From a virus: 64,000 bases of DNA. The notes below the pieces were generated by a model, which was not told the DNA's origin, searched no databases, and saw only the letters and a list, made by a program, of their open reading frames with translations. The position numbers and the translations under genes were made by a program. The stretch lies in IMG/VR virus record IMGVR_UViG_3300020220_003261, one strand, 5' to 3'. Each line of letters opens with the position of its first letter. The stretch's first letter is position 1. Shown here in pieces: positions 21,629-31,609 of the stretch.

Positions 21629-23752
21629 ATGAGTTTTTTAGACAGTAATATATCAGAACATTTAACGGCTAGATTGACCCAAAAGGGAAGAAACGCAATT
21701 TCAAAAGGAAACTTTAATATAACAAATTTTGTAATTGGTGATTCGGAATTTGATTATAGAGACCCATTTTCTGGTTTAACGACTTCCACAACTCATCAGA
21801 AAGTATTTGCACCATTTGATAAGAACTCACAAGTTAAATATCCCATTAAATTCAGTGGAGTTGATTTGAGTGGAACCACAATATACGGTGTTCCAATTCA
21901 AGCTTCTGAAACTGAAACATTAAGAAATGTGATGGGACCAGCTGGATTTGTTTCAGATTACAAACCTTTTAATTTATCTTCTGAAACTGGAACTACAATT
22001 GGTTGTATTTCAGGAATAGTAGATTTATCCTCAATAAGTGGAACAACATTAATTACTGCAAAAAAACCAAGTAGTGGTGTTACATACACAAATTGTGACA
22101 CCATAACAATATCTTTCAATAATTTATATAGTGGATCAACAGGTGATTATTTTGTTACTGGTGACACACATAGTTTAGTATACAAAGTTATATCTGTAAC
22201 AACAGGTTTGACATCTGATGTGATTACATTAGACAGAAATACTCCTGATTTATCTTCATTATCAGGAAAAGCTGCAATAATTTGTAATAGGTGTGAAATG
22301 GAATTTGAGACTGTTAGTGACGTTGATAATACGTGTATCCCTCAATTACCTGAAACAACCGAACAACAAAATCCATGGAAACTTAATTTAGTTTGGGATC
22401 AGAAACCAATAGGAATGCAGTCAAGTGATAGAGCGTTACAATTTTATAAAGGTAATAGACACACATCAACTAAAGAGTTGTTAGGTTATACAACAAATTC
22501 TGGTCAAACATTTACAAATTATACAGGAGGAACAATTACAGGTACTTCATATGTTAATGCATCGGGAACAGAAGTTTTAGTGAAAGCCAGTGAACAAAGA
22601 TGTGTTGCAATCATACATTTTTCAGAATTGGGTGATATAACAAATTATCCTGAAAGATTTTTTAAGTATGATGACTACATTAGTAGTTTAACAGGAACAA
22701 CTGATACAGTTGCAACGGATATAACAGGCGGAACAATAAGTGATTTAGATTATTTTGAAGTTTATATTCCATTCTTACTTTATCATAGATCGACAGGATC
22801 AACAATAGGTGAAGTATTTCATATGGATTCAGGTAATGTAAAATATATTAAATCATCCGTCAATGGAAAGTATATATTAAAATATAAAGATTTACTTGAT
22901 AGTCTGAATAAAAAAGTTGGTAAAGTATTTGTTGATTTAAAAACAATTGTTTTTGATGATCAAGAAATTGTGGCAGCCTTAGATTATAGATCAAATAGAC
23001 ATCATACATTACCAGCACCAAAAGTCGGGTTAGCCAATTCAGACACATCAGCATCAACATCAATTTTATCAGGTGCCACCAATCAAGTTGTTTGGGTAAC
23101 CTATTCATTAGATTATAGTTCAGATGCGTCAATTAATAGTTTACCATGTAATTATTTTGTATCAGTAACAGGGTCATCTACCCCAAGCAATGTTACGGTC
23201 AAATTCGAGGACACAAATTCATTTTCAAAACTTTCAACATCTTTATCAGACATAAAAGACTCATTTGTTGCTAATAAATTTCACATATATGTTCAAACAG
23301 GGACAACAAGTAATTCGACACCGAGTTCGGATGATTGGATAAAAATGGATTTTACAACTGAGGCCGGGGGATCAGGATTAACAACACTTACGGGAAAAAC
23401 ATTTACAATAAGTTATAATTCATACACTGGAGGAACATTATTTAATTTAGGAACACATTTAGATAACACAACACTAACAGGAACAACAGGATCTTATTTT
23501 GGTGATGACCAATATTTTCCTGGTAGTATAAAATTAGTTAGGGCTTCAGATATTGAAGTTTTGAATTTCTTAGTTAATCTACCAAGTGGTAAATTTACAA
23601 CGTCACAAAATCCAACATGGAAGTTTGGAAATCCAAAAATTACAGAAGTTGCTTTATTAGATTCTAATAAGGAACCGTTAATAGTTGCTAAAACTGCAAA
23701 ACCAATTACAAGAACGGGAACACAAGTTTTTTCTATCAAGTTGGATTTCTAA
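21629..23752 (+). CDS. Baseplate / tail-fibre attachment protein (tail-collar-fibre-like termini)
   Basis: N-terminal LTQKGRNAI...ITNFVIGDSE and C-terminal ITEVALLD...LIVAKTAKP resemble split tail-collar (P2 gpH N-terminal-like) motifs. Confidence 0.6.
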   Translation: MSFLDSNISEHLTARLTQKGRNAISKGNFNITNFVIGDSEFDYRDPFSGLTTSTTHQKVFAPFDKNSQVKYPIKFSGVDLSGTTIYGVPIQASETETLRNVMGPAGFVSDYKPFNLSSETGTTIGCISGIVDLSSISGTTLITAKKPSSGVTYTNCDTITISFNNLYSGSTGDYFVTGDTHSLVYKVISVTTGLTSDVITLDRNTPDLSSLSGKAAIICNRCEMEFETVSDVDNTCIPQLPETTEQQNPWKLNLVWDQKPIGMQSSDRALQFYKGNRHTSTKELLGYTTNSGQTFTNYTGGTITGTSYVNASGTEVLVKASEQRCVAIIHFSELGDITNYPERFFKYDDYISSLTGTTDTVATDITGGTISDLDYFEVYIPFLLYHRSTGSTIGEVFHMDSGNVKYIKSSVNGKYILKYKDLLDSLNKKVGKVFVDLKTIVFDDQEIVAALDYRSNRHHTLPAPKVGLANSDTSASTSILSGATNQVVWVTYSLDYSSDASINSLPCNYFVSVTGSSTPSNVTVKFEDTNSFSKLSTSLSDIKDSFVANKFHIYVQTGTTSNSTPSSDDWIKMDFTTEAGGSGLTTLTGKTFTISYNSYTGGTLFNLGTHLDNTTLTGTTGSYFGDDQYFPGSIKLVRASDIEVLNFLVNLPSGKFTTSQNPTWKFGNPKITEVALLDSNKEPLIVAKTAKPITRTGTQVFSIKLDF

Positions 23753-23790
23753 GCTTTACAATACAACTTATATTATTTATATATTATTAT

Positions 23791-24402
23791 ATGGATCATA
23801 AATTAAAAAATAAGCCTAAAATATTGGGTTTAGATATATCTACAAAAACAATTGGTTGGGCATTATTTGATATAACAGGTTCTAAACTTTTGGAATTGAC
23901 ACACTTTAGTCCAAAGATAAAACCACAACCAGAAGATAAACTAGAGGAACTAATAAAAAAAGCAGATGCTTTTAAAAAACATGTTGATGTTTACAAAGAC
24001 ATGGGAATTGTTAGAGTTATTATTGAGGAACCATTATTAAATTCAAATAATATCTATACTGTTGGAACACTTTTAAGATATAATACAATGGTTTGTAAAT
24101 GTATTTATGATACATTAGGTATTGTTCCAACTTTTATTTCTACATATAATGCTAGAAAATTTGCATTTCCAAGCTTAGTGGGACCAAATGATAAAGGAAG
24201 AAATGTTTTATTTGGTGGTTATCCAAAAGATATCGATAAAAAACAAGTCATATGGGATCATGTTAATTCTGTTTGTCCAGAGGTAAAATGGTTATACGGA
24301 AATAAAGGGGGGTTGAAAAAAGAAAATTTTGATATGGCTGATGCAGCATGTGCCGTTATAGGATACATCAACATGATTAAATTAGAAAAAACCGGCAACT
24401 AA
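23791..24402 (+). CDS. ruvC: RuvC-like Holliday junction resolvase
   Basis: ILGLDISTKTIGWA, VIIEEP, FDMADA give the RNase H-fold acidic tetrad. Confidence 0.85.
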   Translation: MDHKLKNKPKILGLDISTKTIGWALFDITGSKLLELTHFSPKIKPQPEDKLEELIKKADAFKKHVDVYKDMGIVRVIIEEPLLNSNNIYTVGTLLRYNTMVCKCIYDTLGIVPTFISTYNARKFAFPSLVGPNDKGRNVLFGGYPKDIDKKQVIWDHVNSVCPEVKWLYGNKGGLKKENFDMADAACAVIGYINMIKLEKTGN

Positions 24403-24442
24403 TATTTTACATTATTATATTTCGAGTTTATATTTATTTATA

Positions 24443-24511
24443 GGACGGGACGTGTAGAAATATACGTTTGGTTGGTGTTCCCCCGGTTTGGTGTACCGGG
24501 GGATTTTTTTT
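24443..24511 (+). ncRNA. Candidate about 70-nt small RNA or attenuator leader
   Basis: GC-rich island in an AT-rich intergenic gap. It follows TATTTATA (24435-24442) and contains the hairpin ACGUGUA-GAAA-UAUACGU and then a terminator. Confidence 0.45.
24479..24511 (+). terminator. Intrinsic terminator
   Basis: Perfect 9-bp stem TCCCCCGGT/ACCGGGGGA, 7-nt loop, T8 tail. Confidence 0.88.
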
Positions 24512-24538
24512 ATCCTTAATTTTTATTATATTTCACAT

Positions 24539-25477
24539 ATGTCATTTAATGCAGATTACGAACCTATAGTTGAGATATTGGAGGATATATTTGGATTACC
24601 TAAATTACATAACGATAATAAAGGTCAAATATCTTTTGATTGCCCTGTTTGTTCATATGAGATTAAGGGGCTTGACAATGGAGATGGTAAAGGTAATTTA
24701 GAAATAAATTATAAATACAAAGTTTATAAGTGTTGGTCATGTGCGGAATCACATGAAACTCATGGATCCATTTTTAAGCTTGTAAAAAAGTATGGAACAC
24801 CAAAACAGAACAAAAAGTTTTTATTACTACTACCTGAAGAAAATGAGGAAGTCAAAAGAGTGCATAAACAAGTTAGATTACCTAAAGAATATATGTCATT
24901 TGATAATATATCATCAGGTATGAAACTAACTTCATTTTTTAAACAGGCTTGGAATTATATAAAGAAAAGAAACATCACAGATTCAATAATAAAAAAATAT
25001 AAAATTGGATTTTGTTATCAAGGACCGTATGAAAATAGAATTATTATTCCTTCTTATGATAAAAATGGTTATCTTAATTATTTTGTAGCAAGATCTTACT
25101 TAACAAAAACTAAATTTAAATATAAAAACCCCGAGGTTCAAAAAGAAATAATAATATTTAATGAAAATTTAATTAATTGGGATGAAAGAATATATATTGT
25201 TGAGGGTGCTTTCGATAGTATTTTCCTTCATAATTCTATACCTATGTTAGGAAAATATATGTCAGATTTTTTATTTAAAACAATTTATGAAAATGCAAAA
25301 AATGATATTGTGATTATATTAGATCCTGATGCGTGGTCTGATTGTGAAAAATTATATCATAAATTAAATTGTGGAAAATTGATGGGCAAAGTTTTTGTTG
25401 TTAAATTAGAAGGAAATGAAGATATCGCAGATCTTAAAGGTGACATAAGTAATTATAAAATAAAACAATTAGATTAA
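24539..25477 (+). CDS. dnaG: DNA primase (Zn-finger + TOPRIM)
   Basis: CPVC...CWSC zinc site, RIIIPSY, IYIVEGAFD, IILDPDA. The start is moved from the track's TTG at 24488 (inside the terminator) to ATG 24539. Confidence 0.88.
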   Translation: MSFNADYEPIVEILEDIFGLPKLHNDNKGQISFDCPVCSYEIKGLDNGDGKGNLEINYKYKVYKCWSCAESHETHGSIFKLVKKYGTPKQNKKFLLLLPEENEEVKRVHKQVRLPKEYMSFDNISSGMKLTSFFKQAWNYIKKRNITDSIIKKYKIGFCYQGPYENRIIIPSYDKNGYLNYFVARSYLTKTKFKYKNPEVQKEIIIFNENLINWDERIYIVEGAFDSIFLHNSIPMLGKYMSDFLFKTIYENAKNDIVIILDPDAWSDCEKLYHKLNCGKLMGKVFVVKLEGNEDIADLKGDISNYKIKQLD

Positions 25478-26358
25478 TGAATTTAAAAGATATTTCTAAA
25501 GAAATTAATGAACTATTAGAACAAAGAAGAAAAGAACTTGATATATCATTTGTTGAAGAAGAACACATTTATTATATGAGAGATACTGAAGGTGTGTTAA
25601 GAAAAACATTTCCTTCAGTATCTAAACTTGTAAAAAAGTTTCATAAATCATTTGATGCCGAAGGAAAGTCTCTTGAAATGTCTAACGGTGATCCCATTGC
25701 TGCCGCTGAACTTCAGGAACAATGGAAAAAAGCTGGAAGTTATGCTACTAATTTAGGAAGTAGAGTTCACTACAAATTAGAAATAGAGGCACTTGCGAGA
25801 AATGGTAACTATAAAGATGTTAGACAACCAATATTTGAATGTGATCAAACACAGATGGATAAAAGTGAAAAAATGATACTTGCTGGATTAAATTTTTTAA
25901 AATTAATGGAAGAAAGAGGTGCTATCTTGTTAGATACCGAAATAATTCTTGGTGATAATGAATTAGGTTATACCGGTCAACCAGATAAATGTTGGTTAAT
26001 GTTAAACAAAGAAAAAAATGATATCGGTTTAGTTATTACAGATTGGAAAACAAACCAACCAAAAAATTTCGAGGTTCATCATTACACTGGTAAAATGTAT
26101 TCACCATTTCAAGAATATCGTGATACATCTTTAAGTCATTATTATTTACAACTACCTTTTTACGGAAGATTATTGATGAAAATGTTGAAAGGGACTAAAT
26201 ACGAAAACTTGAAATTACTAGGTTGTGTTGTTGTTCTATTGAAAGATGACGGTTCTTTTCAGGAATATAAAGTCCCATCAGATGTAATATACAGAGTAAT
26301 GGAATTAGATTTATCAAAATATATTAATTATGGTAAAAAAACTTATACATATCGCTGA
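25477..26358 (+). CDS. PD-(D/E)xK exonuclease (RecB/Cas4-like family)
   Basis: LGSRVH...TEIIL...GYTGQPD...ITDWKT...YYLQLPFY motifs. Confidence 0.8.
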   Translation: MNLKDISKEINELLEQRRKELDISFVEEEHIYYMRDTEGVLRKTFPSVSKLVKKFHKSFDAEGKSLEMSNGDPIAAAELQEQWKKAGSYATNLGSRVHYKLEIEALARNGNYKDVRQPIFECDQTQMDKSEKMILAGLNFLKLMEERGAILLDTEIILGDNELGYTGQPDKCWLMLNKEKNDIGLVITDWKTNQPKNFEVHHYTGKMYSPFQEYRDTSLSHYYLQLPFYGRLLMKMLKGTKYENLKLLGCVVVLLKDDGSFQEYKVPSDVIYRVMELDLSKYINYGKKTYTYR

Positions 26359-27136
26359 TATTCATATCAGAACATTTCAGTTACATGATTTATATAGAAA
26401 TCAATTTGAAATCCTTATTCAAAATTTAAAAAAAGAAACAAAAGAATACAATTATGAAGAAATAAGAGTTGTAATTGTCGGAGATATTGCGCATCAAAAA
26501 ATTAATATATCCAATGAACAAATGATGTTAACATCTTGGTTCATAACACAAATTATAGTTCACATTGGAAAAGTTGTTATAATACCAGGCAATCATGATT
26601 TTTTGGAAAACAATACTCAAAGAATAGATAGTATTACACCAATCGTTGAATTATTAAATCGTGAAGAAATACAATATTATAAAGATAGTGGTGTATATGA
26701 AGATGAAAATATAAATTGGGTAGTGTATTCTTTATATCAACATAATCAAAGACCAGATTTCAAAAAAGAAGAGGATAAATTATACGTTGGTTTATTTCAC
26801 GGAGTAATTCAGGGGATGTCAACTGATATCGGATTTCAATTTGAAGATGGTTATAATAAATTAAATTTTGTTGATTTAGATTTGCTATTATGTGGGGATA
26901 TTCACAAAAGACAACAATTTGAACTACCAAATGGAGGTAAAGGGGTTATGGTAGGATCATTAATTCAACAAAATTTTGGTGAAACGGTAAAACATCATGG
27001 ATATGGTATTTACAATATTGAAACTGACGAATATAAATTTCATGATTTAGAAAACTTGCAACCTTTTCTACATTTTTCAATTAATGATATTACAGATATA
27101 GAAAATGAAAAAGAAAAACTACTTAATGTTGGATGA
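26330..27136 (+). CDS. Metallophosphoesterase nuclease, SbcD/Mre11/T4 gp47-like
   Basis: HIADIH, GDIAH, PGNHD, LFHG, GDIHKRQ, GSLIQQNFGE. Confidence 0.9.
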   Translation: MVKKLIHIADIHIRTFQLHDLYRNQFEILIQNLKKETKEYNYEEIRVVIVGDIAHQKINISNEQMMLTSWFITQIIVHIGKVVIIPGNHDFLENNTQRIDSITPIVELLNREEIQYYKDSGVYEDENINWVVYSLYQHNQRPDFKKEEDKLYVGLFHGVIQGMSTDIGFQFEDGYNKLNFVDLDLLLCGDIHKRQQFELPNGGKGVMVGSLIQQNFGETVKHHGYGIYNIETDEYKFHDLENLQPFLHFSINDITDIENEKEKLLNVG

Positions 27137-27596
27137 TGAATTTATTTTATATTGTCAATTAAATAAAATTGATGATGTAGAAAAATTGGCAAAAGAAACT
27201 TTTGATAGAGGATTTTCGTTGTTAAAATATCCTGAAACACCTATTGGGGTCAGGAATGAAAAAATAATAGAAAAGGAAATAATAAAAGAAATTCCTATTG
27301 AAAAAATTGTAGAAGTAGAAAAAATAATTTATAAAGATAAAATAGTTGAAATACCAGTAGAAGTTGTAAAAGAAGTTCCTATTGAAGTTAAGGGTAAAAC
27401 AAAAGTAATAACTAAAGAAATTGTAAAAGAAGTTCCTGTTGAAAAAATTATAATTGATACCGAAGAAGTTGATAAGTTAAAAAAGATAAATAAAGAACTT
27501 ACCGAAGAATTAGAAAATATAAAATCATCACTTAATAAATTTAATAAGGGTAAGTTTCTTAAGAACAGTGATCTTGGTAGTTTATATTCAGAATAA
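27126..27596 (+). CDS. hypothetical protein with (I/V)EKIVEV / KEVP repeats and coiled coil
   Basis: KEIPIEKIVEVEKIIY...EVVKEVPIEVK...KEVPVEKII. ATG 27126 is preferred as the start. Confidence 0.7.
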   Translation: MLDDEFILYCQLNKIDDVEKLAKETFDRGFSLLKYPETPIGVRNEKIIEKEIIKEIPIEKIVEVEKIIYKDKIVEIPVEVVKEVPIEVKGKTKVITKEIVKEVPVEKIIIDTEEVDKLKKINKELTEELENIKSSLNKFNKGKFLKNSDLGSLYSE

Positions 27597-27658
27597 GTAT
27601 CGGCAATACTCTTTTTTTTGTCCCATATTTTGTTTATTATTTATTAAAATATTTTAAT

Positions 27659-27970
27659 ATGAACATATTATTTCTGTGGATTTTTATGGCATATGGAATG
27701 ACATCTGTAATTGTTTGGGGTTCCATATTTGAAAAACAAAGAGAATGGGTAAAAAATAACTCTAAATTTTTTGGTGATCTTATTAGTTGCACATTATGTA
27801 CAGCAACATGGGTTGGTTTTTTTATCTCATTAATTTTAGGAGGACTTTCAGAATCTTTATTAGGTGTTAATTGGATTTTATCTATTTTTTTTGATGGAAT
27901 GTTTACCGCTGGTTCAGTTTGGGCTTTAAATGCAATAATCGAGTTCTTTGAAGAGAGTAGATTAAAATAA
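27659..27970 (+). CDS. DUF1360-like membrane protein
   Basis: Three hydrophobic segments and LISCTLCTATWVG (CxxC...W) motif. Confidence 0.7.
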   Translation: MNILFLWIFMAYGMTSVIVWGSIFEKQREWVKNNSKFFGDLISCTLCTATWVGFFISLILGGLSESLLGVNWILSIFFDGMFTAGSVWALNAIIEFFEESRLK

Positions 27971-27974
27971 AATT

Positions 27975-28508
27975 ATGCCATTTTTAAAAAACACAAGTTT
28001 TGATGACACACTTGTTAGAAAAGCCGTTATAAAATTTTTTGAAGAAAATTTTAATACGTTACTAAAAGAAACACCGCAAGAAATGAAATTAATTGACTTG
28101 ACAGGTGTAACTGAAACCAAATTAGGAGTCGAAGTCGAAAGAGGAGGTTGGACAAATTGTTTTTGGAATAACGAAAAATATTCTTTAATATCTAAACTCG
28201 GATTTAAAACCATAAACATTCCAATGAGAAAACAAAAATATTGGCTTGACGAATATTATTATTATGGTAAATTAAAAATAAATCCATCTTCAAAAGACAA
28301 TATATTTGTTAGAACAAATAAAGATTTTACACAAATTATTGTAATTAGACCCGAAACAATCAGAAATGATAAAAAAGTAATTCAAACCGAATTTAAACCA
28401 AACAATAGTGATGAATTTGAAGAGTGGTTATGTTTTAGAAGAGAACATGTCGAAACTTATAATTTAATTGATAATGTTTGGTTTTTAGATGAAAATTATG
28501 AAATATAA
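27975..28508 (+). CDS. hypothetical protein, possibly restriction-endonuclease-like fold
   Basis: Intact ATG ORF. IDLTG...GVEVE has a D...ExE pattern (weak). Confidence 0.6.
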   Translation: MPFLKNTSFDDTLVRKAVIKFFEENFNTLLKETPQEMKLIDLTGVTETKLGVEVERGGWTNCFWNNEKYSLISKLGFKTINIPMRKQKYWLDEYYYYGKLKINPSSKDNIFVRTNKDFTQIIVIRPETIRNDKKVIQTEFKPNNSDEFEEWLCFRREHVETYNLIDNVWFLDENYEI

Positions 28509-30840
28509 TAATCCGTTTATTAAAGTTACTTGGGAAGACAACCCTGAAAATTTTACATCTGAAAAAATTAAAAGAGTAAAGGCGTATTTTCAAGACAAGT
28601 ATAAAACTAAAAATATACAAGTCATTACAAAAAGTCTTGCCAATAATACAGATATTAAATTAGATTCTTTAGAGGCTTCCGATAGTATACTTGATCATCA
28701 TTACCAAAAAAAATTGATGAAAGATTTTATCAACGAAAATGATATTAGAACTAAGTGGGATTTAGTAGACAGGTTGGATAATAAAGTTAATATTCAATTT
28801 GATAAGATTAATCAAAATAAAATTCGTTATAACAAGTGGTATATAAAGAAAGTTGAGTTTTCTAATTTTTTATCTTTCGGAGATAATAATATAATCAATT
28901 TTATAGATTTAGAGGGTATAACAGTAATAGAATCAATCCCTAAAAACTTTGGTGGTAAATCAACATGCTCTGTGGACCTTCTTATGTTTTTATTTTTCAA
29001 TACAACAACTAAAACAAAAACTGCCATAGAAATATTCAATAAGTTTACTGATAAGGATGAAGTTGTTGTTAAAGGTGATATTACAATAGATGGTGACGAT
29101 TATGTTATAGAAAGAAAGTTATCGAGAAAAAAAACAAAATATGGTGAATATAATGTAACAAACAGGTTAGAGTTCTATAGAAAAAATGAAGATGGAACAA
29201 TTCAAAATTTGACTGGTGAACAAAGAAGAGTTACAGAGACTTTTATATCTTCTGCAATTGGATCAGAAGAAGATTTCTTGACAACTATTATGACAACAGG
29301 AAATAATTTAGAACAATTAATAGAATCCAAACCAACAGCAAGAGGACAAATTTTAGTAAAATTTTTGGGTTTAGAAAATTTAAAAACAAAAGAAGAAATT
29401 GCAAAAGAAATTTATAATGATTGGAGTAAAAATTTGGTTTCAAATACACATAATGTTACACAGCTTGAAATTGATAATGTAAAATTTAAAGACAGTATCA
29501 TAAATTCACAGAACGAAATTGAAAGAATAGAAAGAGATTTAACTAACTTTGAAAATGAACTTAAAAAATTAGAAATAAAAAAAGATAATTTATTGTCTTC
29601 AAAAAATAATGATGTAGATCAAGATCTAATAAAAACAAATCCTACTTTATTAAAAAAAGAAATAGATGAGTTAATTAAACAAAGAGACTTATCAAAAACA
29701 AATGCCGAAAATATAGATGTTAAGGAACCGTCATTATATTACAATGAAGATGATCATGGTAAACTTAAAGAAAAATTGGGTGAATTTTATTCAATTGAGG
29801 TTGCAATAAAATATGAAAGGACAGAAAAGGAAAAGAATTTAAAGCAATTAGAAGAAGGGACTATATGTCCAACGTGTAAAAGATCACTTGAAGATGTAGA
29901 CCATACTGACGAAATTGAAAAAATAAAAAAAGAAATAAAGATTATTGAAAAAGACATTTCCAATAACAAAAAAGAATTTGATAAGATAAAAAATAAATCA
30001 GATAAATTAGAATTATTAAAAATAGAGTTGGAAAATTATGAAAAAAATAAATTAAAGAAGGCAAGGTATGAATTAGAAGTCGATCAAAAACAACTTGAAA
30101 TTGACTCGAAACAAATTAAAATAGACAAATACGAAGACAATAAAAAAAAGTTAGTGGAAAATCAAAAAATAGATGGGGAAATTATTGCGGTTAGAACTAA
30201 AATAGAAACGACTAATGCCAACATCAAACAATCAACCAAGGTAATTGAAAATTACAATTCGAGTATTCTTTTGATGAAACAAAAGGTTGAAATTAACAAT
30301 GAACTAATTAAAAAGATTAGATCTGAAGAAGAACTTAGTTCTATATTCAAAGTTTATCTCACAATTTTTGGTAAGAATGGTATATCTAAGATCATAATGA
30401 AAAATATGATACCATTACTTAACCATGAATTATATAGACTTTTAGTGGATAGTTGTCATTTCATTTTAGAACTAAATGTAAATGATAAAAACGAAGTTGA
30501 ATTTGTAATGATTGATACTGAAACAAGAATTATAAAATCGTTAAATTCAGGTTCAGGATACGAAAGAACAATATCTTCATTGGCATTACGTAGTGTATTA
30601 ACCAAAATTTCTTCATTACCAAAACCAAACATAGTAGTTATGGATGAGGTTTTCGGAAAAATAGCAGATGAAAATTTAGACATGGTAGGTGAGTTTTTCA
30701 AAAAAATCAAAGAATATTTTGAACATATTTTAGTAATTTCTCATAATCCACTTATAAGAAATTGGTCAGATAACATTATCATGATTAAAAAAGAGAGTAA
30801 TATTTCTCATATAGATTATATTACCACAAAAATTTCTTAG
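28489..30840 (+). CDS. SbcC/Rad50/T4 gp46-like SMC ATPase with extra N-terminal domain
   Basis: NFLSFG, NFGGKST (Walker A), CPTC zinc hook within coiled coil, SGSGYE signature, VVMDEVFG, VISH. Confidence 0.92.
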   Translation: MKIMKYNNPFIKVTWEDNPENFTSEKIKRVKAYFQDKYKTKNIQVITKSLANNTDIKLDSLEASDSILDHHYQKKLMKDFINENDIRTKWDLVDRLDNKVNIQFDKINQNKIRYNKWYIKKVEFSNFLSFGDNNIINFIDLEGITVIESIPKNFGGKSTCSVDLLMFLFFNTTTKTKTAIEIFNKFTDKDEVVVKGDITIDGDDYVIERKLSRKKTKYGEYNVTNRLEFYRKNEDGTIQNLTGEQRRVTETFISSAIGSEEDFLTTIMTTGNNLEQLIESKPTARGQILVKFLGLENLKTKEEIAKEIYNDWSKNLVSNTHNVTQLEIDNVKFKDSIINSQNEIERIERDLTNFENELKKLEIKKDNLLSSKNNDVDQDLIKTNPTLLKKEIDELIKQRDLSKTNAENIDVKEPSLYYNEDDHGKLKEKLGEFYSIEVAIKYERTEKEKNLKQLEEGTICPTCKRSLEDVDHTDEIEKIKKEIKIIEKDISNNKKEFDKIKNKSDKLELLKIELENYEKNKLKKARYELEVDQKQLEIDSKQIKIDKYEDNKKKLVENQKIDGEIIAVRTKIETTNANIKQSTKVIENYNSSILLMKQKVEINNELIKKIRSEEELSSIFKVYLTIFGKNGISKIIMKNMIPLLNHELYRLLVDSCHFILELNVNDKNEVEFVMIDTETRIIKSLNSGSGYERTISSLALRSVLTKISSLPKPNIVVMDEVFGKIADENLDMVGEFFKKIKEYFEHILVISHNPLIRNWSDNIIMIKKESNISHIDYITTKIS

Positions 30841-30856
30841 ATTTAATTTTTTTATC

Positions 30857-30864
30857 TATATTTG
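30857..30864 (+). promoter_or_regulatory. Bacteroidota-type -7 promoter element TATATTTG
   Basis: Matches TAnnTTTG 20 nt upstream of the clpP ATG. A TTTC lies 20 nt further upstream. Confidence 0.6.
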
Positions 30865-30883
30865 AGATTAAACAATATTAATT

Positions 30884-31558
30884 ATGAATATTAATGAATT
30901 AAAAAGTTTTGGGACATATGCCAAAGATTTCGGTATTAGTTCCATGAATCTACACAACTATAACAAAAGATTAGAAAGTAGTTTGACACCCTATATTTTG
31001 GAGGAGAGACAAATGAATGTTACCGTTATGGATGTCTTTTCACGATTGATGATGGAAAGGATTATTTGGGTTGCGGGAGAAGTGAATGACTACATGTCAA
31101 CCGTTGTTCAGGCTCAACTATTATTTTTAGATAGTTTAGATTATAATGATATAACAATTCATATTGATAGTCCTGGCGGATCTGTTAAATCTGGTTTATC
31201 AATGGTAAATGTCATGGATTACATCAAATCTGACATAAGAACCATTTGCACTGGTATGGCGGCTTCCATGGGATCTGTATTATTAGGTGCGGGAACCAAA
31301 GGAAAAAGAGGAGCTATGGAAGATTCTGAAATTATGTTACATCAGTCATCTGGTGGGGCAATGGGAAACATTCAAGATGCCGAAATCACCATGAAGTGGT
31401 GGAAAAGAAAAAATGATAGGTTATTTGAACTTTTAGGAAAATATTGTGGAAAAACAAAAGAACAAGTAATGTTAGACGCATCTAGGGACTTTTGGTTGGG
31501 ATGTCAAGAAGCTTTAGATTATGGAATAATTGATGAAATAGTTAAAAATAGAAAGTAA
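30884..31558 (+). CDS. clpP: ATP-dependent Clp protease proteolytic subunit
   Basis: IDSPGGSV, GMAASMGS (catalytic Ser), MLHQ (His), RDFWL. The N-terminal LTPYILEERQMNV..MDVFSRLMM is Bacteroidota-type. Confidence 0.95.
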   Translation: MNINELKSFGTYAKDFGISSMNLHNYNKRLESSLTPYILEERQMNVTVMDVFSRLMMERIIWVAGEVNDYMSTVVQAQLLFLDSLDYNDITIHIDSPGGSVKSGLSMVNVMDYIKSDIRTICTGMAASMGSVLLGAGTKGKRGAMEDSEIMLHQSSGGAMGNIQDAEITMKWWKRKNDRLFELLGKYCGKTKEQVMLDASRDFWLGCQEALDYGIIDEIVKNRK

Positions 31559-31609
31559 ATAATAGTGAGACTAAAGTCTTCCCTCTTCATATTTATATAA
31601 AAAGCGAAT

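Noticed and set aside
24488-24538. N-terminal extension of the primase from TTG 24488
   Set aside because: It lies inside the terminator hairpin and encodes an implausible peptide. ATG 24539 follows a promoter-like element.
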